From Erysipelotrichaceae bacterium (GTDB lineage: Bacteria > Bacillota_I > Bacilli_A > Erysipelotrichales > Erysipelotrichaceae), in contig OY781039.1 in NCBI GenBank assembly GCA_963676105.1, positions 30,001-62,000 on the forward strand: a DNA stretch of 32,000 nt, given 5' to 3'. Below the pieces are notes generated by a model, which was given only the letters and a program-made list of their open reading frames with translations, did not search any database and was not told where the DNA came from. Below, piece by piece: positions 1-8,211 of this stretch. How positions within the stretch are numbered: the first letter of the stretch is position 1; every line of letters begins with the position of its first letter. A program made the translations under genes and the position numbers.

Positions 1-1765
1 TTGGCCAAGTAGCACAAAAGAAATGCAGATTAATTGGATTGGTAAATCTGTTGGGGCAAATGTTAACTTCAAAGTTAAAGATCATGCTAAAGAATTCACC
101 GTATTTACTACTCGTTGTGATACGTTATTTGGCGCGACCTATTGTGTTCTATCTCCTGAGCATCCATTTGTTTCTGAGATCACAACAGCTAACAAAAAAG
201 ATGAAGTCGAAGCGTATGTTAAAGCTTGTTCAACAAAATCTGATTTAGAAAGAACAGAACTTAATAAAGACAAGACTGGCGTCTTTACTGGCGCTTATGC
301 GATTAACCCTGTAAATAATCAAGAAGTGCCTATTTGGATTTCTGATTATGTCTTAGTCTCTTATGGAACAGGCGCAATTATGGCGGTTCCTGCACATGAT
401 GAGCGTGACTATGAATTTGCGAAGAAATTTGATTTAGAAATCATTCCAGTACTAGAGGGTGGAAACATTGAAGAAGAAGCCTTTGTTGGGGATGGTAAGC
501 ATATTAATTCAGGTTTCTTAAATGGTTTGAATAAAGAAGATGGTATCGCAACCATGATTGAATGGTTGAAGAAAGAAGGAAAAGGGGAAGCTAAAACCTC
601 ATATAAACTTCGCGACTGGATTTTCTCTCGTCAACGTTATTGGGGTGAACCTATTCCTGTTATCTTAATGGATGACGGTACTCAAAGAACAGTTGATATT
701 GATGAACTACCTTTAGAATTACCAGTTGTCGATAACTATAAACCTGCCGATACAGGTGAATCACCATTGGCGAATGCGGGTAGTTGGTTAGATGTTGAAA
801 TTGATGGGATTAAAGGTCACAGAGAAACCAATACCATGCCTCAGTGGGCAGGAAGTTGTTGGTATTACTTGCGTTATTTAGATCCTAGAAATGATAAAGC
901 GATTGCTGATCCAAAACTTATGGAACACTGGTTGCCAGTTGATCTATATGTAGGTGGTGCAGAACATGCCGTATTACACTTACTTTATTCTCGTTTCTGG
1001 CATAAGGTTTTATATGACTGTGGGGTTGTCCCAACAAAAGAACCATTTGGGAAACTATTCCACCAAGGCATGATCCTAGGTGAAAATGGTGAAAAAATGA
1101 GTAAATCTCGTGGTAATGTCATTAACCCTGATGATATTTTAATCACACATGGTGCTGATGCTTTGCGTGTATATGAAATGTTTATGGGACCACTTGAGGC
1201 AACACTTCCTTGGTCTAATTCAGGCCTTGATGGTACACGTCGTTGGATTGAGCGTGTTGAGCGTGCTTTCTTAGAACTTAATAAACTATCTGATACGAAT
1301 GATCACTCATTAGATAAGGTTTATCATGCGACGGTTAAGAAAGTAACTCACGATATTGAAACATTAAACTTTAATACAGCTATTTCTCAAATGATGATCT
1401 TCATTAATGAATGTTATAAAGTTGAAAGTATTTATAAGGAATATGCCTTAGGTTTTGTGAAGATGTTTAATACCTTTGCCCCTCATATGGGTGAAGAGTT
1501 GTGGACAGAACTCACTGGTAAAGAAGGTATATCTTATGAAGCGTGGCCAACGTACGATGAAAAATACTTAGTTGAGAAGGAAGTTGAAATGGTTTTCCAA
1601 GTTAATGGTAAAATCAAAGCAAAATCAACTGTTGCCTTTGATGCAGATCAAGCAACTGTAGAAGCCATCGCCAAAGAATTAGATGGCATTAAGGATGCAC
1701 TTGAAGGAAAAACAATCCGTAAAGTTATTCACGTTAAAAATAAACTTATTAATTACGTAGTATAA
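1..1765 (+). CDS. leuS: Leucyl-tRNA synthetase, C-terminal ~588 codons (5' end outside window)
   Basis: The reading frame is open to the window edge (codon phase starts at nt 2: [16 protein letters not shown]). It carries the class I aaRS KMSKS loop ([10 protein letters not shown]) and LeuRS-typical blocks [10 protein letters not shown] and [17 protein letters not shown]. Stop TAA at 1763-1765. Confidence 0.95.
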   Translation, partial: WPSSTKEMQINWIGKSVGANVNFKVKDHAKEFTVFTTRCDTLFGATYCVLSPEHPFVSEITTANKKDEVEAYVKACSTKSDLERTELNKDKTGVFTGAYAINPVNNQEVPIWISDYVLVSYGTGAIMAVPAHDERDYEFAKKFDLEIIPVLEGGNIEEEAFVGDGKHINSGFLNGLNKEDGIATMIEWLKKEGKGEAKTSYKLRDWIFSRQRYWGEPIPVILMDDGTQRTVDIDELPLELPVVDNYKPADTGESPLANAGSWLDVEIDGIKGHRETNTMPQWAGSCWYYLRYLDPRNDKAIADPKLMEHWLPVDLYVGGAEHAVLHLLYSRFWHKVLYDCGVVPTKEPFGKLFHQGMILGENGEKMSKSRGNVINPDDILITHGADALRVYEMFMGPLEATLPWSNSGLDGTRRWIERVERAFLELNKLSDTNDHSLDKVYHATVKKVTHDIETLNFNTAISQMMIFINECYKVESIYKEYALGFVKMFNTFAPHMGEELWTELTGKEGISYEAWPTYDEKYLVEKEVEMVFQVNGKIKAKSTVAFDADQATVEAIAKELDGIKDALEGKTIRKVIHVKNKLINYVV

Positions 1766-1766
1766 G

Positions 1767-1799
1767 AAAATGGTTCCCTATTATTGGGAACCATTTTTT
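1767..1799. terminator. Bidirectional rho-independent terminator shared by leuS and the convergent phosphoesterase gene
   Basis: Stem atggttccc (1770-1778) pairs with gggaaccat (1786-1793) around a 7-nt loop. An A-run lies 5' and a 6-T run 3' (1794-1799), so it reads as a terminator on both strands. Confidence 0.8.
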
Positions 1800-2619
1800 A
1801 CTTTTGTTTTAATGTGAAGACATAAATACTTGGATCTCTAAATAAGCGTGCTTGATATTCAGAAGTGGATATCCCATTGCTTATGAGAAGTGGATTTTGA
1901 TTTACACTTGTTTGTCCAGAAATATAAATTCCATCAGCTCTTGAATAACTTGGCTTAAACAATGGTAAGTCAACTTGTCCACCATGTGTTTTTGCGGCGA
2001 ATATATAATCAAATTGATTTGTTGAAAATTGTGTTATCCAATCTGGATCATACATAAAACAAAGCGTAAATAAGTTAGGATTTAAATCTTCTAAACTACT
2101 TTCTAAGCCATGATAGCCAAAGAGTTGAATACCAATGCTTGAGTTATTTCTAATTAATACGGATTTATTTTCGAGAATTTCAATTGTATGGTTTTGATAA
2201 ATGGCATTAACTTGTTCTAAGTGATAGGCATCATCTTGCCCTATAACTGCAAAGAAACCTAGTTTAGGATTAAGTTTATAAAGTTGCTCATCAATGAAAT
2301 TTAATTGTTCATCACTAATGGTTGATTTGGACGCATCAATAAAATCTCCACCAAATAAAATGATATCTGCATCTTCGTAAGCAATCGCATCAAAGGCTTC
2401 TGTTATAAATTCATTGTTATCATTCTCAAACAAATGCAAGTCAGAAAAGAAGACGATTTTTGTTTGATCTAAGCTTTTGGGGATTGATGGATCACTAAGT
2501 GTAATACGTTCAACATTTAATCGAGTTAGGGCAAGATTGGTCGCATCGTTATATAATACAAGTCCTGTTAATAGCGGTATAAAGATAGATAAGAGTATAA
2601 AAAGTAAAGATTTTTTCAT
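1798..2619 (-). CDS. Membrane-anchored calcineurin-like metallophosphoesterase (YkuE/YaeI-like), possibly with a degenerate active site
   Basis: N-terminal hydrophobic helix (LLFILLSIFIPLLTGLVLY) followed by phosphoesterase motifs FFSDLHL, LFGGDFID and KTHGGQV. Confidence 0.7.
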   Translation of the reverse strand: MKKSLLFILLSIFIPLLTGLVLYNDATNLALTRLNVERITLSDPSIPKSLDQTKIVFFSDLHLFENDNNEFITEAFDAIAYEDADIILFGGDFIDASKSTISDEQLNFIDEQLYKLNPKLGFFAVIGQDDAYHLEQVNAIYQNHTIEILENKSVLIRNNSSIGIQLFGYHGLESSLEDLNPNLFTLCFMYDPDWITQFSTNQFDYIFAAKTHGGQVDLPLFKPSYSRADGIYISGQTSVNQNPLLISNGISTSEYQARLFRDPSIYVFTLKQK

Positions 2620-2683
2620 CTTTTCTATTATACTTTAAACCTTTCAATTCTTCGTACTATAATGGTATAAGAGGTACATAATT

Positions 2684-3394
2684 ATGAAAAAAATGTTTGC
2701 GATTCTTTTAATTTTGGCTGGATCACTTGCTTTAGTAGACAATCTAAATATTTTTCCGATACATAATCTCATTGATTATCTATGGCCATCTTTTTTAATT
2801 CTTTTAGGTTTGTCTGGATTAGTGGGTAAAAATAAAAATACCTTACTATCCGTTATTTTAATTTTAGTAGGATCTGTATTCTTAGCTCGTCAATTTGGTT
2901 TTTTATTACATATTGATTTATCGGACATTCTTTTCCCAGTGATTTTAATTATTATTGGGATAGCACTACTTAGTCCAAGAGTTCAAAGAGTAGAGAATGA
3001 AAATACAAATCAAGCAAACTATACAGAATATAAAAGTCGCTCCGAATATAAAACATTCCATGAATCAAATCAAAGAGAATATAACGCGATCCTAAGTGGT
3101 AGAAATGAACGTGTGGTCAATAAGTCATTTAAACAAGTGACCATTAATGCGATACTTGGCCATGCTGATATTGATTTTAGAGATATTGAACTTGAAGATG
3201 ATATTGCCTATATTGATGTGAATTGTATTATGGGTGGATGTGATTTACTGCTTCCTAAAGGCTATAAGTATATTGTGAGTGGTACACCCATTCTTGGTGG
3301 CTTAGATAACTTTTTAGATTCTGATATGAATGCATCACAAACAATTGAAATACACTATGCGGTTGTATTTGGTGGTATTGATCTTAAACATTAA
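2684..3394 (+). CDS. LiaF-like membrane protein (cell-wall-active antibiotic response family, DUF2154-type C-terminal domain)
   Basis: Four N-terminal TM helices. The C-terminus has repeated G-[GD]-x-D beta-helix-like blocks (IMGGCDLLLPKG, ILGGLDNFL, VVFGGIDLKH) that resemble the B. subtilis LiaF C-terminus. SD aagagg at 2669-2674. Confidence 0.6.
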   Translation: MKKMFAILLILAGSLALVDNLNIFPIHNLIDYLWPSFLILLGLSGLVGKNKNTLLSVILILVGSVFLARQFGFLLHIDLSDILFPVILIIIGIALLSPRVQRVENENTNQANYTEYKSRSEYKTFHESNQREYNAILSGRNERVVNKSFKQVTINAILGHADIDFRDIELEDDIAYIDVNCIMGGCDLLLPKGYKYIVSGTPILGGLDNFLDSDMNASQTIEIHYAVVFGGIDLKH

Positions 3395-3395
3395 A

Positions 3396-3424
3396 AAAGA
3401 ATGCGATTAAGCATTCTTTGTTTT
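3396..3424. terminator. Bidirectional terminator between the LiaF-like gene and rnj
   Basis: Stem aaagaatgc (3396-3404) pairs with gcattcttt (3411-3419) around a 6-nt loop that contains the rnj stop codon. An A-run lies 5' and gtttt 3'. Confidence 0.65.
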
Positions 3425-5158
3425 GACTTGAGCTTCTTTAACATTCAGAATAACTGGAATAACTAAAGGATTACGTCTTGTCTTTTGATAAAGGAAAGGT
3501 TCGAGTGACCCTCTTATCGTATTCTTTAATTCACCAAAGGTGGTCTTTTGTGCCATCTTTTTCTTTAAGGCTTCATAAACAATCATCTCTGCTTCTTTTA
3601 ATAAAGTTTGATTTTCTTTAATAAAGACAAAGCCTCTCGAAACAATATTTGGTTTCACTAAGATTTTATTCGCTCTTGAATCAATAGAAACAACTACTGA
3701 AACCATACCATTATCTGATAAAATCTTACGATCTTTAATGACAGATGTGCTTAAACCTGAGGCATCATTACCATCAACATAGATATCATCTGTTTGAATA
3801 CGAGAGTCAGATAGGAAGACATCACCGTTTCTTAAGACAACGGGATCACCATTGGCCACAATGAATATATTCTCTTCAGGAATACCCACTTCATGACCAG
3901 TTTTCGCATGTGTTTTTAACATTTTATATTCACCATGCATTGGCATAAAGTATTTTGGTTTAATGAGTTGAAGCATCAGTTTTTGTTCTTCTTGTGATGC
4001 ATGACCGGTAGTATGTAAATCAGACAGGGCAGTGTTTGTTAATACATTAGCGCCAGCTCTAAAGAGTTGATTAACCACTCCATTAACGGATTGAGCGTTA
4101 CCTGGAATTGGTGAGGATGAGAAGATAACGGTATCACCTGGGTGGATACGTATAAACTTATGGGTACCATTCGCAATTCTAGATAAAGCCGCTAGTGGTT
4201 CACCTTGAGACCCTGTCGCAATAATCAATAACTTATTGGCAGGTACCGTGTTTAGTTTGTTAGCTTCGACAAAGTCATCAGATTTAAATTTTAAATGACC
4301 ATATTCCAAACCAATTTTAACGACATTTTCCATCGAACGACCAATAACGCAAACTTTACGATCATTGGCAACGGCTGCTTCAATAATTTGTTTAACACGG
4401 TATAAGTTTGAGGCAAAGGTTGCGACAATCATACGACCATGTGTTTTACGGGTGATTTCCATAATGGAATCGGCCACTTTCTTTTCAGATATGGAGAATC
4501 CTTTAACCGATGAGTTAGTGGAGTCAGATAGAAGTAAGGTTACACCAGTTTGACCAATATAAGCCATCTTTTGATAATCGGCATTGGCACCGACAGGTGT
4601 TAAATCGAATTTAAAGTCACCTGTATGTACAACGCGTCCATTTGGTGTATTAATTAAAACACCTAAGCTATCTGGAATGGAGTGAGTTGTCTCGAAAAAT
4701 CCAACTCTAAAATGTTCTGTTTGAACACTTGAATTATCATCAATAATTTCAATACGTGGGACATCGCGTAAACGACGTTCTTCCACTTTTTTACGAATTA
4801 AAGCGGCCGCAAAAGTAGGGGCATAGATCTTAGGAATTCTCACTTTTTTAATTAAGAATGGAATACCACCAATATGGTCTTCATGACCATGGGTAATCAC
4901 AAGCGCTTTAATTTTATGTTGATTGCGTTGTAAATAAGAATAATCATTGATGACATAATCGACACCTAGTAAGAATTCTTCTGGGAAACGGACACCACAG
5001 TCAATAATGAGTATTTCATCTAGGTGTTCAACACAATACATGTTTTTACCAACTTCACCTAGTCCGCCTAAGGCATAGACTAAGGTGTCAGTTGCGCGAT
5101 TATAAGTTTTTTGTTCAATGCGGGCAACATCTTCGTTATACATTTTCGACTTCTTCAC
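3407..5158 (-). CDS. rnj: Ribonuclease J (metallo-beta-lactamase / beta-CASP RNase)
   Basis: HGHEDHIGG metallo-beta-lactamase motif, N-terminal ALGGLGEVGKNMY, beta-CASP region, ~580 aa. The start is ambiguous: GTG at 5158 sits 3 nt after GGAG, and ATG at 5143 gives MYNEDV. Confidence 0.93.
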   Translation of the reverse strand: MKKSKMYNEDVARIEQKTYNRATDTLVYALGGLGEVGKNMYCVEHLDEILIIDCGVRFPEEFLLGVDYVINDYSYLQRNQHKIKALVITHGHEDHIGGIPFLIKKVRIPKIYAPTFAAALIRKKVEERRLRDVPRIEIIDDNSSVQTEHFRVGFFETTHSIPDSLGVLINTPNGRVVHTGDFKFDLTPVGANADYQKMAYIGQTGVTLLLSDSTNSSVKGFSISEKKVADSIMEITRKTHGRMIVATFASNLYRVKQIIEAAVANDRKVCVIGRSMENVVKIGLEYGHLKFKSDDFVEANKLNTVPANKLLIIATGSQGEPLAALSRIANGTHKFIRIHPGDTVIFSSSPIPGNAQSVNGVVNQLFRAGANVLTNTALSDLHTTGHASQEEQKLMLQLIKPKYFMPMHGEYKMLKTHAKTGHEVGIPEENIFIVANGDPVVLRNGDVFLSDSRIQTDDIYVDGNDASGLSTSVIKDRKILSDNGMVSVVVSIDSRANKILVKPNIVSRGFVFIKENQTLLKEAEMIVYEALKKKMAQKTTFGELKNTIRGSLEPFLYQKTRRNPLVIPVILNVKEAQVKTKNA

Positions 5159-5720
5159 TTTCTCCTAATATAATGGCATTTTCTTTTTTCAACCAAGGGT
5201 TCTCAGTATTTATATGATCATAGAAGAGAACACCTTTTAAATGGTCTAATTCATGTTGAATGACAACCGCTACAAATCCACTTAAACGAATGTCTACATC
5301 TTCTTCAGCTAGCACATCATAGGCTTTGATGCGTATACGTGCTGGTCTAAAGACATATCCTTCATGAACATCTTCGATTGATAAACAACCCTCACCTGTA
5401 GATAGGGCTGCTTCTTGAACCGAGTGAGATACAATTTTTGGATTGGCTAATAGATATTCATGCCAATTATCATCTTCATCCTCAGCCATAACACAAATTA
5501 ACTGTTTGAGTTCACCAATTTGTGGGGCAGCTAAACCAACGGCAGGTTTTAAATTATATTCTTCAGCCTTTTCATCATCACGTGAATCTTTCACATATCG
5601 ATACATACGTTTCGCTAGGGCTAAATCTTTTTTTGTTAATGGAATCTTTAAAGCTTCTGCTTTTTCACGTAGAACAGGGGCAGGATCTTTAACGATGGTA
5701 TCATAAGTAATTCTATTCAT
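5136..5720 (-). CDS. def: Peptide deformylase
   Basis: All three signature motifs are present: GLAAPQIG, EGCLS and HELDHL. SD aagagga lies upstream of the ATG. The 3' end overlaps the rnj start. Confidence 0.95.
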   Translation of the reverse strand: MNRITYDTIVKDPAPVLREKAEALKIPLTKKDLALAKRMYRYVKDSRDDEKAEEYNLKPAVGLAAPQIGELKQLICVMAEDEDDNWHEYLLANPKIVSHSVQEAALSTGEGCLSIEDVHEGYVFRPARIRIKAYDVLAEEDVDIRLSGFVAVVIQHELDHLKGVLFYDHINTENPWLKKENAIILGESEEVENV

Positions 5721-5900
5721 ATTTCCTCTTTAAAAAAGTTTGATTTCAAAGTCAAAAGGGCTTTTGGCTATGAATGATTTGTTTTTCGTCACAAATAATT
5801 AACTTTGCTTAGTATAAACCACTTTATTAATATTGTACATTAATTTACATTTTTGTGGCATCTATGCTTTAAAAAGTTATGAATTTGATACAATACAGGA

Positions 5901-7076
5901 GTGAAAAAGAATCAATTTAGTTTGAGGCTCCCTAAAGGTCGTGATGCCTGGATCAATTTAAGTATGTTACTACTCGCTTTTGCGGGCATTTTAATGAGTG
6001 TATCTGCATCCATGTCTACTAATGCTGTCTATTTTGACTTAATCATACAAGGTGCTAAACAATTTCTATATTTCCTGATTGGTTTAAGTGCCTATTTTGT
6101 CTTCACGAAGTTTATTGATTTAAAAAAACTTAACAATTTAATCCTACCTGTTATGGTTATCACGATAATCTTCTTAATTATTCCACTCTTTGGAACAGCT
6201 CGTAATGGAGCTTATGCGTGGATTGATTTACCAGGTGGTATTACCATTCAACCTTCTGAATTTGCCAAGTTAATTGTGATTTGGGTCAATATGATTTATT
6301 TAGGTGACTTAAAAACAAGACGTAAAGAATTTGGTGACATTATTCAAACGCCCATCATCTTTTTAATGGCCGTTTTATTTATTGTGGTAGTTTTACAATC
6401 CGACTTAGGGAGTGGCGTTGTTATTGCGGTTATAGGTGTTGGAACCTTTTTATTGGCTGGTCATAGGAAACTAAGAAAAACTCAATTAATTCTTTCAGTT
6501 TTAATTGTTGTTGGATTTATGTCTCTACCACTGCTTTTAACAGAAGCAGGTTTAGAACGATTAGAATCATTTGGCTTATCTGGTTATATGTTGAATCGAT
6601 TTAAAGTAGCCGTTAATCCTTTTACTGATATTTATGGATCGGGTTATCAATTAATTAATGGATTGGTTGCGATGGTTCGTGGTGGTTGGTTTGGTGTAGG
6701 ATTTGGGAATGGTCTACAAAAATATGGTTATCTACCTGCCGCTAAAACTGACTATATTCTTGCGGTTGTTGGTGAAGAAATGGGTTATCTTGGTATCCTT
6801 TTTATCTTTAGTTTATATTTCATCATAATTCTTCGTTTGCTTAAACATAGCTTTGAAGCGACTAGTGAAAAGAATCAAATTATTATCTTTGGTGTTTTAT
6901 TATATTTATCTCTTCACTTTATTTTAAATGTTGGTGGAGTAACAGGTTTAATTCCTTTAACAGGTGTACCACTTTTACTTCTATCCGCTGGTGGATCTAG
7001 TACTATTTCGGTTATGATGGCTTTAGGAATGGCTCAGCATGCGATAGTAGATGAATATCGAAAGGCTAAGAAATGA
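5901..7076 (+). CDS. SEDS-family peptidoglycan polymerase (FtsW/RodA/SpoVE family)
   Basis: About 10 TM helices. Family-typical blocks are QPSEFAKL, the LQSDLGS loop, PAAKTDYILAVVGEEMG and GVPLLLLSAGGSS. The start codon is uncertain (GTG at 5901; see findings). Confidence 0.88.
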   Translation: MKKNQFSLRLPKGRDAWINLSMLLLAFAGILMSVSASMSTNAVYFDLIIQGAKQFLYFLIGLSAYFVFTKFIDLKKLNNLILPVMVITIIFLIIPLFGTARNGAYAWIDLPGGITIQPSEFAKLIVIWVNMIYLGDLKTRRKEFGDIIQTPIIFLMAVLFIVVVLQSDLGSGVVIAVIGVGTFLLAGHRKLRKTQLILSVLIVVGFMSLPLLLTEAGLERLESFGLSGYMLNRFKVAVNPFTDIYGSGYQLINGLVAMVRGGWFGVGFGNGLQKYGYLPAAKTDYILAVVGEEMGYLGILFIFSLYFIIILRLLKHSFEATSEKNQIIIFGVLLYLSLHFILNVGGVTGLIPLTGVPLLLLSAGGSSTISVMMALGMAQHAIVDEYRKAKK

Positions 7077-7612
7077 GAATCATCGCAGGATCTCGTAAAT
7101 CAAGACGTCTAAAATCATTAGATAATCAAAAAACACGACCAACATTAGATAAAGTTAAGGAAGCTTGTTTTTCTTCGATCGGTTCTAAAATTGAAAATGC
7201 TCGATTCTTAGATTTATTTGCGGGTAGTGGAAATATCGGGCTCGAAGCCCTTTCTCGGGGCGCAGCACATTGTGATTTTGTTGAAGGATCAAAGTCCGCA
7301 TTAAAAATTATTCATGAGAATATTGCAGATTTAAAATTCAAAGATGAATCGAATGTATATCATATGGATGCCTTTCAAGCCTGTCGTTATTTTAAAAATA
7401 AGGGATATACATATGATGTGATTTATTGTGATCCGCCTTATAATAAAATAAAGGTGGATAAACTTTTAAAGCATTTATATCCAATCTCAAATGAAAATAC
7501 ATTAATCGTTATTGAAGAAAATTCAGAGATTATTGAAGTTGATGAAAACTTTGAAATAGAAAAGTCAGCTAAATATGGAACTGTTTTTCTTACCTATATA
7601 AGGAGAAAATAA
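7073..7612 (+). CDS. rsmD: 16S rRNA (guanine966-N2)-methyltransferase
   Basis: RPTLDKVKEA, LDLFAGSGNIGLEALSRGA (SAM motif I) and the DPPY catalytic motif. ATGA overlap with the upstream gene. Adjacent to coaD, as in the B. subtilis ylbH-coaD pair. Confidence 0.88.
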   Translation: MRIIAGSRKSRRLKSLDNQKTRPTLDKVKEACFSSIGSKIENARFLDLFAGSGNIGLEALSRGAAHCDFVEGSKSALKIIHENIADLKFKDESNVYHMDAFQACRYFKNKGYTYDVIYCDPPYNKIKVDKLLKHLYPISNENTLIVIEENSEIIEVDENFEIEKSAKYGTVFLTYIRRK

Positions 7613-7614
7613 AC

Positions 7615-8100
7615 ATGAAAAAAGCATTATATCCTGGTAGTTTTGATCCTGTAACTTTTGGTCACTTAGATGTTATCGAAAGAGCTTCTAAATTAGCTGA
7701 TGAATTAGAAGTGGTTATTATGCATAACCCTAATAAAAAAGCTGCTTTCTTTAGTGTAGAAGAAAGAATCAAAATGTTAGAAGTTTGTACCAAGAAATTT
7801 AAGAATGTTAAAATTTCTGCAGCAGAAGGTTTAACTGTTGAATATGCACGAAAAATTGGCGCAGCAGCTCTGATTCGTGGGATTCGTGCAGTTATGGATT
7901 ATGAATATGAACTTCAACAAGCAACCGCTAACCAAGTATTAGCTCCAGATATTGAAACTGTCTTCTTATTAACTTCACCTAAATATTCTTTCTTATCTTC
8001 AAGTGTTGTTAAATCAATTGCGGTTAATAATGGTGATCTATCGCGATTTGTTCCTGAAGAAGTAGAGAACATGATTAAAGAGAAGTACAAAGCGCAATGA
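7615..8100 (+). CDS. coaD: Phosphopantetheine adenylyltransferase
   Basis: YPGSFDPVTFGHLD nucleotidyltransferase motif, RGIR and SSSVVKS blocks, 161 aa. Confidence 0.95.
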   Translation: MKKALYPGSFDPVTFGHLDVIERASKLADELEVVIMHNPNKKAAFFSVEERIKMLEVCTKKFKNVKISAAEGLTVEYARKIGAAALIRGIRAVMDYEYELQQATANQVLAPDIETVFLLTSPKYSFLSSSVVKSIAVNNGDLSRFVPEEVENMIKEKYKAQ

Positions 8101-8110
8101 GCGCTTTTTT
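8089..8110 (+). terminator. Weak rho-independent terminator after coaD
   Basis: aaagcgc (8089-8095) pairs with gcgcttt (8101-8107). The 5-nt loop contains the stop codon and a T-run extends to 8110. Only 4 of the pairs are G:C. Confidence 0.5.
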
Positions 8111-8128
8111 ATTGCCATTTTCACAAAT

Positions 8129-8155
8129 TTAGCACTTAGGTGTTGACAGTGCTAA
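8129..8155. promoter_or_regulatory. CIRCE operator (HrcA binding site), near-consensus
   Basis: TTAGCACTt-N9-cAGTGCTAA against the consensus TTAGCACTC-N9-GAGTGCTAA, with 8-bp perfect inverted arms. Confidence 0.88.
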
Positions 8156-8170
8156 GGCATATGTTATACT
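8143..8170 (+). promoter_or_regulatory. SigA-type promoter of the hrcA operon
   Basis: -35 TTGACA (8143-8148), 16-nt spacer, extended -10 TGtTATACT (8162-8170). The -35 lies inside CIRCE-1. Confidence 0.75.
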
Positions 8171-8171
8171 T

Positions 8172-8198
8172 GTAGCAGACGTGTTTAGTGAGTGCTAG
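8172..8198. promoter_or_regulatory. Second, degenerate CIRCE-like element spanning the predicted +1 to the SD
   Basis: gTAGCAgaC-N9-GAGTGCTAg has the exact 9-nt spacing. The right arm matches 8/9 and the left arm 6/9. It runs into the SD aggagg (8197-8202). Confidence 0.45.
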
Positions 8199-8211
8199 GA
8201 GGCGTGTAGAT

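Noticed and set aside
5721-5900. Largest intergenic gap, examined for a tRNA, riboswitch, T-box, sRNA or mini-ORF (e.g. the 10-codon ATG at 5771)
   Set aside because: It is very AT-rich. The only structure is a 5-bp hairpin (caaaa-gggc-ttttg), with no cloverleaf or conserved riboswitch core and no SD for the mini-ORF. It is best explained as a divergent promoter region for def and the SEDS gene.
8188-8211. GTG start for hrcA proposed by the ORF track (MSARRRVD...)
   Set aside because: The GTG lies inside the CIRCE-2/SD region. ATG at 8212 has AGGAGG 9 nt upstream and gives the typical MLSERQ HrcA N-terminus.
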